A DNA stretch of 59,170 nucleotides from Tubiluchus corallicola (GCA_030141605.1 JAQGDQ010001151.1:1-59170), one strand, 5' to 3'. Shown: positions 1 through 17,043, counted from the first letter of the stretch. The notes: generated by a model from the sequence alone, not told the origin. Numbers and translations are program-made.

Positions 1-437
1 CTAGTGAAAATCCGCTCGTATAAGAATCACCCTTCTTTCGATAGTAGAATCAATTTTGGCGCCAACTCCATTGTCTCTCACGCCCTGCTTGCATGGTTCT
101 GCGCAGTGGGCATGGCGGACACCACAGAGATTTCAAATTTGTTTGTTTTATGACAAAAATTATGCGCATTAAAAAAGTTTTAAGGCAATTCTGGCATCAT
201 GAAATATTTACCCAACCATGAAATAAAAACATTAGTCTAGGAATTTTTAGGTCCTTTTAGGCCAGAAAAACATTATGCTGTTTCATGTTGTTTCTAGCGT
301 AATTTCGGGAAATAAATAATTTTTACGTGCACAAAATTTTTTTAAAGCAATTCTGGGTCATGCTCGTTATAAGAATCGCTCGTTATAAGAATCACTTTGC
401 CTTCTCCCGAGGTGATTCTTATAACGAGAGTCCACTG
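1..437. mobile_element. Right end of a Tc1/mariner-pogo(Tigger)-type MITE (left end outside window)
   Basis: Ends ...CTTATAACGAGAGTCCACTG followed by TA (438-439), i.e. a CAGTGGACTCTCG-type TIR, with repeated subterminal CTCGTTATAAGAATC motifs (14-29, 363-393). Confidence 0.7.
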
Positions 438-663
438 TACACGCTTTTCTAATTGATTAAACTTTGTGAAAGGTCTACGGGCAAGGGCCTAACTGGTAAC
501 CATGTATTTCTTAGCAAAATTAGATGGGACAACCGAAGTTCATAAATTATGATATTGATTTCGAGATAATGTACATAGTTTAAACTAATAGTAGTACGTA
601 TATAGAGTTAGGAGGTTTACATTCCGTAGACAAACCAGAGAAGAAAATATCTTAGGTACTCAC

Positions 664-804
664 GGGGGTAACATTCTGTGAAGAAGCTGATCTGTTTTCT
701 TTTTCTCTTCGCACAGCTGCTGTGTTCTATCAGCAACTAGTTCTTCCAGGTTGTTGGCATGTTTCTCTAACATGGACACCATGTTGTCCATGATGCGTGT
801 AGAT
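664..804 (-). CDS. Receptor guanylyl cyclase internal exon (hinge/coiled-coil preceding the cyclase domain)
   Basis: 141-bp exon, tgtag acceptor and gtgagt donor, phase 2/2. Encodes STRIMDNMVSMLEKHANNLEELVADRTQQLCEEKKKTDQLLHRMLP, the typical NPR-type dimerisation hinge. Confidence 0.88.
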
Positions 805-1045
805 CTACATTGAAAACAAGTGAGCATGCGTTTGTAATTAGACACGAATGTGTAATTGTGACTCAATGAAAATGAACGCATTTCTCATGTAGAAACATTT
901 TTCATTTTGACGTTTTTACACTAAAGATATGCAACTGATTATTTTCTTTGCAAATAATAACTATTAATTCAGATAACAAGGGCAGATGTTCTTAGAGCAC
1001 AAACAGACTAATGTCAAACAATACAGCAACATTGACTTTACTCCC

Positions 1046-2350
1046 TGTGGAAGTTGTAATTGTACATTTTTAATTAGGTGCTGCCATCTATGAACTAATC
1101 CTTTTACTCTACCAGCTACTTACCCCCAGTATAATTGTACGCTCTGCATTCACTGGATCTCTCCCTATTTTACAGTAATGGTTTTTGTGAAGCCAAGTTT
1201 GCATAATCACCTATACCTATATATACTGACTTGTTTTACTTTCTAGTCACTGTCTAACTCTCAGTGTTCAGTGCAGGACACTCTCATTCTCAGTGTTCAG
1301 TGCAGGACACTCTCATTCTCAGTGTTCAGTGCAGGACACTCTCACTCTCAGTGTTCAGTGCAGGACACTCTCATTCTCAGTGTTCAGTGCAGGACACTCT
1401 CACTCTCAGTGTTCAGTGCAGGACACTCTCATTCTCAGTGTGCAATGCAGGAGACTCTAACTCTCAGTGTTCAGTGCAGGAGACTCTAACTCTCAGTGTT
1501 CAGTGCAGGACACTCTCATTCTCAGTGTTCAGTGCAGGACACTCTCACTCTCAGTGTTCAGTGCAGGACACTCTCACTCTCAGTGTTCAGTGCAGGACAC
1601 TCTCATTCTCAGTGTTCAGTGCAGGACACTCTCACTCTCAGTGTTCAGTGCAGGACACTCTCACTCTCAGTGTTCAGTGCAGGACACTCTCATTCTCAGT
1701 GTTCAGTGCAGGACACTCTCATTCTCAGTGTTCAGTGCAGGACACTCTCATTCTCAGTGTTCAGTGCAGGACACTCTCATTCTCAGTGTTCAGTGCAGGA
1801 CTCTCTCATTCTCAGTGTTCAGTGCAGGACACTCTCATTCTCAGTGTTCAGTGCAGGACACTCTCACTCTCAGTGTTCAGTGCAGGACACTCTCACTCTC
1901 AGTGTTCAGTGCAGGACACTCTCATTCTCAGTGTTCAGTGCAGGACACTCTCATTCTCAGTGTTCAGTGCAGGACACTCTCATTCTCAGTGTTCAGTGCA
2001 GGACACTCTCACTCTCAGTGTTCAGTGCAGGACACTCTCACTCTCAGTGTTCAGTGCAGGACTCTCTCACTCTCAGTGTTCAGTGCAGGACTCTCTCACT
2101 CTCAGTGTTCAGTGCAGGACACTCTCACTCTCAGTGTTCAGTGCAGGACACTCTCACTCTCAGTGTTCAGTGCAGGACTCTCTCACTCTCAGTGTTCAGT
2201 GCAGGACTCTCTCACTCTCAGTGTTCAGTGCAGGAGACTCTAACTCTCAGTGTTCAGTGCAGGACACTCTCATTCTCAGTGTTCAGTGCAACAGTCATTC
2301 TACTCATGTGTATGTACCTAGTTAATAAACACTTTTCTGTGCAAATAGAA
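1046..2350 (+). mobile_element. Solo-LTR-like element copy 1 containing an expanded internal minisatellite
   Basis: Starts TGTGGAAGTTGTAA. 1046-1270 aligns with 26792-27010 and with the reverse complement of about 5180-5405. AATAAA follows the array. The 3' end is divergent and I found no matching TSD. Confidence 0.75.
1258..2290. repeat. 29-bp minisatellite (CTCAGTGTTCAGTGCAGGACACTCTCA(T/C)T), about 35 copies
   Basis: Directly visible tandem array. It explains the spurious 258-353 aa ORFs. Confidence 0.97.
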
Positions 2351-3180
2351 ATAACGTGCTGATGAATATATCCATTCTTGTCATTTACAGCTTACCTTTT
2401 TTACCCTGGTTTTGCACCCTGGTATGTTATGCATTTGTTTTTAGTCATCAGGACCAGTGACACAATTACAGATCTAATTCCTTTGGGACCAACATTGTCT
2501 GTCTATCTGTCTGTTGGTTTATGAACATTCTGGCATTGACGGTCATAATCTAATTAGAAACGATACCGGCATTTTAAATAACCAGCAATTCTGTCGTCAT
2601 AGACATCACGTGAGAAGCTGCAGTAGTATAAACTTTGTAATGTATACGATCAAACCAAAGCGGTGTTCTCATATCTATGTTAGTTTATTCTGCAAAAAAT
2701 ACAAATTTTCTGTAGTCTACAATTACTACCTCTACAAAACTACTGAAATAAGTGCTAGAAAATAAGTGCTACAGATTACTACGTTACACTAAAAAGCTGA
2801 AATGCATACATACATTGTTGGTCCAATATTGAGTCGAGAAAAAGCCAGAATATCAGTAAAAGGTAGCAGTATAATTACAAGTCAAATTTTAAATGTAACA
2901 GAGACGTGTGTATGTAACAAAGTTCCACCTGTACAATGTCAGAGTAGAAAAAGTAGTCTAGAGGTTGAGCTACAGTCTAATATATTGTGGCTTCTAATGC
3001 ATATACTACCTTGAGAAGGGGTAATGGACCAAAACATTTGTACCTGCAACAAACTTGCTTTCTAAAAATTAGTTGCAACTTTACATGATCTGTCCCGGAT
3101 GTATCTACAGAATACATCTCATGACCAACATACACTGGATAAGCTACCTAGATCATTATGAAATCTTATTTAGTTATCTT

Positions 3181-4455
3181 CACACCTGCCAACTGTCACG
3201 CATTAGGCGTACGCCACGCACATTTTAAGTCTTTACCACGCACGAACGCATCAAATTTCAGTTCTCACGCAACTTTACACGCAAATTTGCAAACTCGCCT
3301 GGCTGCCTTTGCTGTCAGCATCAAGTGTAACGCATTTAGCCAACTCTCATTCATGCGTCACACGACATATATTATACCTAAAGGAAGACCGGACGATTGT
3401 TTAGACTTAATCTCATTTTAATTTACTGTCCAAAATACACATTTTCTAGCCCATAAAAGTTAACAATTGTTGAATAATTAGCTTAGAAAGTTAATTAACG
3501 GCAACTGAACATTGCTTACGTCAGAAACTATCCACAGTTTGTGCAATGGCAGGCATCTTCCCTTGCGAGTGAAGCACGTTTGCATAGGTGTTACAATACT
3601 GTTTACACGCATGATGTCACGAAAAATGTGCTTTACATCATATGACGTCAGAAACTAACACTGCAGTTCATGATCATGGTTATCACGGTACCACCTTCTG
3701 TTTGTCGGCCATGTGCATGTGACAAAAAGGCGCCGCTGCCAATCTTAGTAGATTCACTGAGCCGCTCGTAGCTTTGAAAGTTTAACGAAATTTGAGTATC
3801 CGAGGTAATTATTATTTAATCTAAGTTTTAATTTAAAATAAGATATTGTAGTTTTCAATATTTTAGAGCATTCTTTATTCTGAACTAATGTTTACACAAT
3901 TGTCCGGTTTTCCTTTAAGCGCTTCTTTCATGTTTACTACAGAACACATTTATGTATTTACAAAGCATAACAAAGAGCAAGAACAGCATAAGAACGCTCA
4001 GTAGTACATAAAAGTTATTATTTTTTTAATTTTTTTGCCCTCATTTTTGATATTTTGATTTTGAGACCAATAAAATATTCTGGGACATTAATTTGCCCCC
4101 TGGCGAAATAGTGACGGGAGCGGCTTTTTTATTTTTTTATTTTACGTTTATTACATAAAAAGTACCATAGAATAATAAACAAAGCATGGTTAAAAATCAC
4201 AATCAAAAATATTTCTATAAGACAAATAAAATAAATATTTACACAAAGAACAGAGAATTAGTAAGCTAAATATATAAACAAGGGTTAGTAAGTGTATATT
4301 CCCAATGGGCAAATATATTCGAAGTTAAAATGATATCAGTATTACGAATAAAACTGCATATGATTTCAGTTTAGAATTTAAGACACCCTGGCAGGAAAAA
4401 AATCCCGGCCCTTCTATATTTCACACTCACTTTTACATCAAATGGTTGGCAGAGA
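3181..4455. mobile_element. Probable degenerate non-autonomous TIR element hosting a nested MITE
   Basis: CACACCTGCCAAC at 3181 and GTTGGCAG at about 4445 form a short inverted pair. No TSD confirmed. Confidence 0.35.
3382..3914. mobile_element. Kolobok-like MITE (AGG termini, TTAA-type target)
   Basis: ctaa-AGGAAGACCGGACGATTGT ... ACAATTGTCCGGTTTTCCT-ttaa inverted termini. Confidence 0.65.
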
Positions 4456-4506
4456 TCATTATCTTTTTCGAATTATGATGATGCCAATACGAAATCTTAC
4501 ACTTAG

Positions 4507-8472
<3,966 letters not shown>

Positions 8473-8583
8473 ATGGTACAACTTCACGCAAAACACAAGT
8501 GGAAAATGCAAGCAAGATTCGAGTTGCAACATGACAAAGAGTCTTATTACAAACATAATTATGTTGTTAATTATATCACTATA

Positions 8584-10469
8584 TTATTATTAGGGGGGCA
8601 GTGGTGTCGGGGAGATTGTATAGGATGGAGAAATCCCACCCCCCGACACTTTGCTGAGGCCTTCAACAGGCCCATTGCAATTATTCACTGCTATACGTCT
8701 ATTGGTCGTACTCGGCAAGCCTTCCAGCTTGCTTCAGATACGCCGCTAGTTTTTTCAGGTTTAAATTCTCTACAACTGCTCTAAGTGTTGTATTTTTATT
8801 TCCCAGACATTTGATACGAGCACCCTGGTAGGCGGTGCATCGTCCCACGTGATGGTCCGGTGTTTCGTCTTCCTGACCACATTTCGGGCAAATCGCGGAT
8901 TGTGCTCGACAAGTGGTTTTTTTATGTTTTTGGAGATTACAGTGTCCGGTTAGGACCTGTATATCCATGTTGAGTTGAGTTCTACTGAGACTCAGGAGCC
9001 TATTGCAGACTCGGGCCGAGGCCCAGCCCACATGTTCCTTTGTTCTCTTGCAGTCCTCACGATTATTCCACGACGTTTTCCATCGTTTTAGACTCCATCC
9101 CTTAATCGCGTAGACACAGCTAGCGTAAGGGACGGGCAGATAGGGTTCTGGTCCCTCCGGAGAGAGCTCAGATCCCTTTTTAGCAAGCTTGTCCGCCTCT
9201 TCGTTACCATGTACTCCTTCGTGTCCAGGAATCCATGTAACCAAGACTCGGTTTCTTTTTCCAAGTATGTTCAAGTTTTCAACACATCGTAAAACCGAGA
9301 TAGATTTTACTGTATTGTTTTCAGTAGCTTTAATAGCCGCCTGGCTGTCTGACAGGATGACTATTGATTGATTCTGGAGTCCTTCCGAAGACATTATCTC
9401 CGCCGCTTGTGAGATGGCGAAAACTTCTGCCTGGAAAACAGTACTCAATGTCCCAAGATAGAAGAACTCCTCCAATACTCTGGACTCAGTCGGATACTCG
9501 ATACGTATACCTGCACCGATCCTTCCGTCCAGTTTGGAACCATCGGTATAACACCTGACACAGTTCCTATCCATTTCGCCTTCCGATTTGATAGCGATTT
9601 CTTTTTCCTGAATCTGGCATTCGAAATTTCTTTCGAACACGCGTGTTCTTTTTCTTAAATCACCCGGCATATGCAACAGTTGGAGGTCGCGCCTATAGCT
9701 ATTGCACACATCGATATGACTTTTAGACTTACCAAAAGTTCCCACGGTCTTCGCTGTCCAGAGCCCCGCCGTATCTATACGGTATGACCCTCGGACCGCC
9801 TCCGACCGAATGAACTCGTCTATTGGTGTGATACTCAACAACATCTCCAATGCACCGGTAGGAGTACTTGGGAACGCTGAAGAAATCATTAAGCATGCTA
9901 ATCTCTGTACTTTCTGGAGCATTTTCCTGAGGTACATTTTTTCCAACCCGCTGACCCAGGACACACACGCATATGTCATGAAAGGACGCACCATTGCCGT
10001 GTATATCCATTTCATGATCCGCGGTTGGATACCCCACGTTTTACCAACAATTTGTCTGCATTGCATAAGTGCCGCCGTCGCCTTGTTGGTGACTCGTGTT
10101 ATATGGCTCTTCCAAGTCAGTTTACTGTCTAGGGTTACCCCTAGCAGTTTCACTTCATTGGAGAGTTGAAGCTTCTGTCCATTCATCCAGAGATCCCCAA
10201 TATTTGGATTTCTCTTGTTTGTGAACATGATTACTTCGGTCTTACTACTGCTGAATTCTAGTTCAGTTTTCCTGGACCATTCAGCAGCAATGTTAATTAC
10301 ATTTTGCGCCCTCCTTCTGACCGTCGATACGTTCGCACTAGCTATTAGTACTGCCAGGTCGTCGGCATAGGCTTGTGCATAAATTCCATTTTCTTCAAAT
10401 TCCCTAAGCAGAGAGTTCAAGACACAGTTCCATAGCAAGGGAGACAGTATTCCGCCTTGGGGGTTTCCC
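8584..10469 (-). mobile_element. 5'-truncated non-LTR retrotransposon (RNase H-bearing, LOA/R1/I-group-like)
   Basis: 13-bp TSD TTATATCACTATA at 8571-8583 and 10470-10482, short (TAA)n 3' tail, GC content higher than the flanks. Confidence 0.92.
8699..10467 (-). CDS. LINE ORF2 fragment: C-terminal reverse transcriptase, RNase H and CCHC zinc finger
   Basis: Uninterrupted frame from GNPQGGILSPLLWN through YADD (RT), YTDGSK/VFQAE/ILSDSQAA/WIPGHEGVHGNEEAD (RNase H) to CPKCGQEDETPDHHVGRC. The start is truncated, so it is not an autonomous gene. Confidence 0.9.
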
Positions 10470-13400
10470 TTATATCACTATAGCTCACTTGTTCTGTTAG
10501 AGCTAGGTTTGTGTGTTATAAAAAAAAGTTGTAACTTGTGTGCATGATCTCTGTTATTATTGAACGATCATCGTGCATCATTATTACGCATGAATTGTAG
10601 AGTTGAGTAGTGTAATCATTATTATTGTTAAAGATGTTAAATGAACCTCGTTATTCGATTCTGATGTTGCTAGCACATCAAAACTTACGATTTCTTTAGA
10701 TCTCGTTGTTTAGAACAGAGATCAAACACAAGTTCTGATCTGATTCTCATCTGTCGTAGGAGCTTTTATTTCTCCAGCTACTGTGGTATATTTTTTGCTA
10801 ATTTGGGTAAATTGTAAGTGACTGGAGAATATTAATTAGCCAAGTGCCCGTACATCCGATTTTAAAATGTCTGCGCATAAATTATGTTATTATATCAATG
10901 GTGTTTCAAAGTCCTGAAACCATTGTCAAACAAATTCACTTAACACTTGTTACATGGAAGAAAAGAATTTTAATGCAGTCCCAAATTAACCAATGTATGT
11001 TAGGTTGTACAATGTACATGGATGCTAAAAGTAAGACTTTCAACCTGTTGAATGTAAGTGTGCCAATATTATTACTAAAAAACAGCATTAAGCCCAACAA
11101 GGGGCCGCTAGCTGTTGTCATGCAGATATCTAACATGAAGGTGCAATAGTCAAGAACAGAAAATTAATCTTTTCAGTTTTTCTGAATGACTTTTTATATG
11201 ACATAATAGCCCCGCTGGATAAACTTTAAAAAGACGAATTTTTTATTGGCACTTATTTTGATCTTCTATCATCTTTTTCTTATTTCTGTAATGTGTTTCT
11301 ACTTTTCTCGTTACAATTTCTCCAGAAAAACAAAACTACAAGAACGACGTTTTCTCTAAGCGTGAAACGCCGTGAATACAGAACGACAAAGACAACTGAA
11401 ACAATGGCTCATTGGTAGGTTTATTTCTTTGACTGATGATTTCCACGCTTACCAGTGCGCCTTGTACTACGACTTTTATTTTTTTACTATAATTCATTCT
11501 TATGCTGCATTGTAATTACTTGTAGATTCATTGTAACTAATCTTTATCATTTTAGTTGCTGCTGTGTAAACACTAAGATGGTGTCACCGTAAATCGCATC
11601 GTGATTATTTCAATTTAAATTCTAACTCTTGAGAATAAGGCAGTTTAAAAAGAAATAAATATAAAGAAAATGTTTTCTTTGCTGCACTTGAAGTACTTTT
11701 TTGTAAAAGCAAAATTATGTTTTAAACGGTACTGATTGTCCAGCACACCGTAATGTTTTCAGATGTGGGTATAAAATAAATAAATGCAACTTAACTTGAA
11801 AAATTTAGATGTTATCTTGTCACGCAGTCTGTATACCCTTTTACCACTAGACTTCCGTGCGATATAATTACAGTTTTTTGCATATTTTAGCTAAGAATAT
11901 GGTTTACCTTTTATTGCACTATACCGGTAATTTCAGCTAGTCTTGTTGTAATAATTCTTTCTTATTATAACATCGATCTATTGTCCCTGTGGTAAATGTT
12001 AAAATATTCAAAATAATGTTTTTAATTATTATTATTTTTTATGAAACGTATCGGGTTTATGGATCTCATGTATTTTACTTTGATTCAAGCTTAATGACCT
12101 CTCTTAACACTGTATAGATCACAAACAGTTGTTTAGATTGCTTAGAAGAGAATTGCTGTATTGCAGAAATTTAATTGGCTTTGACCTGTTATATTAAATT
12201 TTAATAATCATTGTATTTTGTAGCTGTGTGTGTATGCTATTGGATCGAGATATGCATTAAAATTAAGTTCAGTTGGCATTTTATACTTAATTATAGAAAC
12301 ATTATTATAGTTATGTCTGGCTGAATAATAAGAATTATAATTTTATTATATTACAGGTGAACTATATCATACATTTGCTCAAAGATAATTATTAGCGTGA
12401 CGAAACCAGATTATGACCAATTTATGTTTTACACTGTGCAAATAATAAATTATTTAAATAATACCGATTTAATAATATTTTATCATTAATTTTGATGCAA
12501 CGAATACCAACTTTCATTTATTAAAAAAGAATTAAAACGATGAAAAAGCGCAACATATTAATGTGCCGCTGCGGTTTATCATCACGTGACAAAAAAGAAA
12601 AAGAAAAATATAACATAAGAACACTATAACTAATTTTTGGGGTCTTTTAATATAATTATCAAATTAAAAACTTTATATACTTCAAAAAGGATACAACCAC
12701 ATAAACTATGCATCATCACATCATCATGATACGATGATGCGCTTATATAGCATGATCTCTACTAGTACAATGTATAATTATTACATAATGTACAAAATCC
12801 GTTTAGGCAATTGTAATTTGCTATTATGTGCCAAATTAGTCTGAAAGCAGGATAATATTAATTTTACTAATAATGTTAAAATAAATGAACCTCGTCTAAA
12901 TAAACTATGCTCCAAGTTCATTGCCATGTCTTCTATGGACTACTCAGCTTAGCAACATCAGCATAACATTGGAATTAAGTGCTTAACTGGTTGGTGCAGA
13001 GTGATAATTTGTCTACCACAATCACTTGGCTGAGTAGACTGTGTGTACTGTTGTGCAGCCTTACACTTATTGTAATCTAATGACCCTAGTTTAAAATTAG
13101 AGTCATTTCTACATGCAAGACTTCTTCACATTTCCTTCTTTTTTTAACAATTAAGTTTGGTTTAAAAATTGTGCATTTATACTAGCATTGATAAAATCGC
13201 GATTGTAAGTGACTATTTGAATATCATTAATATACGTGCTAAATGCTCTGTATTTGGAAGAGTCAGAGTGCAGTAGCTACAAAAAACTCTCCCCTGGTCT
13301 TATTCTATTCAGCTTAGTAATAGAATGTATGCATTATATAAATCAAAATTTTGTATTATATTGTGCTATAAGTTCACATCTTCGCGAGATTATTAAAACG

Positions 13401-14948
13401 TCTCAAAACTTTAATTATGACATAAACAACAATAAATAAGTATGTACAAGGCGCTAGGTTATCACGAAATATTCGTTTGGTGTGAGAGTGGTAGATCTAT
13501 AACATCTACTTTCCACAGACAGTTATGGACTCTAGGAGAATGAACCAATTCAAGTCGGTGACCACGGATCGAATGGAAGAACTGGATGCACGCTAAGCCG
13601 CACGTTTATGAGGAAATTCTCTCTATAAACATTGATAAACCAAGTCTGAAAGTGGCACCCAAAGTAATATTTGCTGTTGTGTAATGAAATACAAATAATC
13701 GTTTGCACATTACAAATAATCCATGAGAGTTTTTACTCGCATCATCACCCTATATGCTAAAGAGGGAAATGGAAGAGTCGAGTACGCATTGGTAGATTGG
13801 CCGACAAGTGTGTTAATTACTACATATATGAGTAAAGCAGCAATGAGTCAAAGTGGGTTTGGAAATAAACGAATGTAAATTGACTGCAGGGAGTACAAGT
13901 AATTCACTTGAATCACTTCATTGCAGTTACTGGCTGCTGCATGTGTCATCATCAAATTTGGTCTGCTTTTGTTCTAACAAATTCAACAAGTATCATGTAA
14001 ATTCGGGACTAGCGTCACTTCTAACAGACAGAAGTCTTTTATCGCAATTCCAGGTTGTGCACCTATCCCGGCGAGACAATTTTTAGGTGAGGTGAACGTG
14101 TTATGCTAATAAAGTCTAGGCAAGTTCACACTTTATTGTCGAAACGACTGATTCTTCATTAGTTGTATTGTTGTTTATTTCTACGTCAATCGTAATAATA
14201 AGAGATTATTTTAGGCTCCTCTTAAAATGTACATGATGTATATTAAAAATACCAAAGCACAAAAATGTGAATTTCCCTCAGTTAATTTTTCTGTTCCTAC
14301 TTTGCTCTTTTAGTTTTACTTAGCCTATCTGATTTACAGTGCAATGGTACTGCATTTTACCGTTGTGGTGGTAGTATTATCCTATTACAAAGTCACGATA
14401 ACTGCAGTAGTTTTAATGAAAATGTAGTGTATTTATTAAAACACTACGGTAAGTTTTAACAGGGAATCTCAAAGTATGTGGAGATTAACAGTAAATGGCA
14501 ATGCCTATGTCACAAGTAGTATATGACCAATATGATAGAGGGGAGTGTGGCCGCAGTTGAAACCACAGCATTCTCATATCGCGCTGTATTCTTTATTTTA
14601 TAGTTAAAAAATGTTATTTTTTATCATTTTTATGTGTATCAATTTAAAATATAAATTAGTTGAAAGAAATAAAGTATTTTTTGTCATGTTTCAAAGTGAT
14701 TAGCTAGACTGCACAAGCAGTTCTGAGAAAAATAAACTACTAATTTAGTTAAATTTGTTCCTGATTTAACAAATACTTTCAGGTATGTAATAGTAATCGA
14801 TCACATTGTCTGTGCCATTTTTGGACTTTCATGGTATTAGTGCCACTCATTTGGACAGCCAGCAAAATCATTCAAAAGTACTAGAAGTGATTTTGTCTCA
14901 CAACTAAAACATTCTGAATTGTGTAAATAGTAAGATCTTAACACCTAA

Positions 14949-15653
14949 ATGGCAGAAGGAGGCGGTGGTGGGGATGATATAAATCGTCACCCACTGAAAG
15001 ATGATGATAGTGTGCCACGCCCAAATTTCAATCGTCACCTTTCTGAAGAAGACGTGGGCAATCAGGCTCGGGTGCTGTGCGAGGATTTTCTATATACTCG
15101 TCTGCATGAGGTGTCAGAACGACAGCAGAGGGGGGAGCCTGTAAGACCGGATGAAGCTGTTGCTGCAACGCGAGCGGCTACAATACGTTTTGATGACATC
15201 CATCGAGAAGGAACGCCCGCAGGACCTCAAATCAATGCCCAAAAAGAGGTGGCAAGGTATCTGAGAACCATCGGTGACCAGCTAGACAAGGATACGCATC
15301 TACAGCAACTTATGAGCTCGATTGCACCGGCAGATGCAACTAAGCAGACATTTTTAAATGTTGCTTACCAGATTTTTAGTGACGGGCAGTTTAACTGGGG
15401 TCGCGTGGTGGCACTTTTCTACTTTGCCTACCGACTGGCTTTGAAGGCTCTGGGGTTAGATCAAGTCTCTCTACTTAAAACCATTATAGACTGGGTTGTG
15501 AATTTTATAGTTGAGAAAGTTGCGCAGTGGATAATTCAGCGGGGCGGTTGGGAGGCCATTGGTGAGTACTTTGGTTCGACCACTGGGCAGTTTACGATGG
15601 TGGCTGCTTTGTCTGTACTCACAGTTCTCTTCGTATTGTGGAAAAATCGTTGA
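14949..15653 (+). CDS. BAX: Apoptosis regulator Bax-like (Bcl-2 family), 234 aa, single coding exon
   Basis: BH3 LRTIGDQLD, BH1 FSDGQFNWGRVVALFYF, BH2 WIIQRGGW, C-terminal TM helix ending WKNR. Good start context AAATGG. Candidate 5'UTR acceptor tttcag at about 14782. Confidence 0.93.
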   Translation: MAEGGGGGDDINRHPLKDDDSVPRPNFNRHLSEEDVGNQARVLCEDFLYTRLHEVSERQQRGEPVRPDEAVAATRAATIRFDDIHREGTPAGPQINAQKEVARYLRTIGDQLDKDTHLQQLMSSIAPADATKQTFLNVAYQIFSDGQFNWGRVVALFYFAYRLALKALGLDQVSLLKTIIDWVVNFIVEKVAQWIIQRGGWEAIGEYFGSTTGQFTMVAALSVLTVLFVLWKNR

Positions 15654-16591
15654 AGCAGATATAAGATTTTTTTTATTATAAGAAAGTTTTTTGCATTTAG
15701 TCGGGAAGCAGAAGAAAGATTCTTTAATGCTTGAGCTACTGAGAAAATGTGAGATTGTTAAACGGGCAACTATAAATAAAAATTTTGCGAGTGTATTGGG
15801 GTAATGTTTCGGTCCTAAAAATAGCTGAGATGTCATCGTAGTCTCCCAGCACATGCTCTGTCTCTTAAGGTTGTTTCAAGTGGTGCTGCTCTTTACTCTT
15901 TATTTGCAAAAATTTGATGTTAACTGATGACAAGTTAAATTCTAAAAGACAGAAATGTGTGCTCTTGTTTGTAAACTCAATTCTTAACGAATTTCTAATG
16001 TTTACTTTTTGAAATATTCTGTTTTAACGGGTAAATAGCTGCTGTTACTACTGCAAATGTACTCTTGCTCACTTTGACTCTATTAGATCCGACTGCATAA
16101 TTTTATTTATGTCCTAGCTAAAAAATACGTTTTCAGGAGCAATGGTTTCATGAATGTGAATCGGTATAAAGAGAGCTTTCAATGCTAGTGTTGCATTTTG
16201 TATTATTAAATAATGTTCATGGATTTTATATGATTAATGCCAATTTTTACAGCTGGATATTACTTGTGATGGAATACTATCATAGAATATTTTTACCTAT
16301 TGTACAATGGCAATGTGTGCTTATTTACTGAAGGTGTTTTGCTTACGTAAATTTTATTAAAGTGTAGAATCATGAAGCAACTGAGTAAAAATATAAAATG
16401 ATGCATTTAAGCTTATTACATCGACGATGCTTACTGCAGTGCAATAAGTATACCGAGATACGTTGGCGTGCATAGAGCATAATAATTGTGTATTTTACTA
16501 CATGTTCTACAACAGTCACCGTTCTAATAAGTAGCCACAGTTTTCAGATCAGTTGCTACTGACAGCCTACCCAAATTTGTTAAGATACATG

Positions 16592-16843
16592 CAGGGCTTA
16601 TTTCAGCCTAAGCGAGGCCCGGGGAAGTGTGGTGTCTGAGGCCTCCTCTGGGGGGGGGGGGGGGCGCCCAGAAAATTTTTGAACTGCTAGAACGCCGGAG
16701 AAGCATTTTCGAAGAGAAAATAAGGAGTTATACAGTATGTTCGCATAAAGCAAGAAAAAATAATGTTACCTTGGCGCGACGCCCCCCTGGAGGGTGAGGC
16801 CCCGGAGAAGTATCCCCACTTCCCCCCCTTGAAATAGGCCCTG
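16592..16843. mobile_element. hAT-type MITE, family A copy 2 (internally deleted)
   Basis: CAGGGCTTAT...ATAGGCCCTG with perfect TSD GATACATG. Shares sequence blocks with 5714-6135. Confidence 0.9.
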
Positions 16844-16853
16844 GATACATGTA

Positions 16854-17043
16854 CAGTTAAACTTCTTTATACCGCCTACTTTGGGACTCCAGAAAAAGTT
16901 GGCATTAAGCGTATTTGGCATTATAAAAAGGCACATTAATACATACAGTCATGTCTATCCAAATGTAGACATTTGTTTGCCAAAACTGGGCACTAAGTGA
17001 AGTTGGCATTATGAATGTGGGCGGCTATAATGAGATTTGACCA
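16854..17043. mobile_element. Degenerate Tc1/pogo-type MITE
   Basis: ta-CAGTTAAACTTCTTTATACCGCC ... GGCGGCTATAATGAGATTTGACCA-ta imperfect inverted ends. Confidence 0.55.

Noticed and set aside
1264-2362. 258-353 aa Ser/Cys-rich ORFs; possible CRISPR-like array of 29-bp repeats
   Set aside because: Head-to-tail tandem units with no unique spacers, inside an LTR in a eukaryotic context. The ORFs are repeat artefacts.
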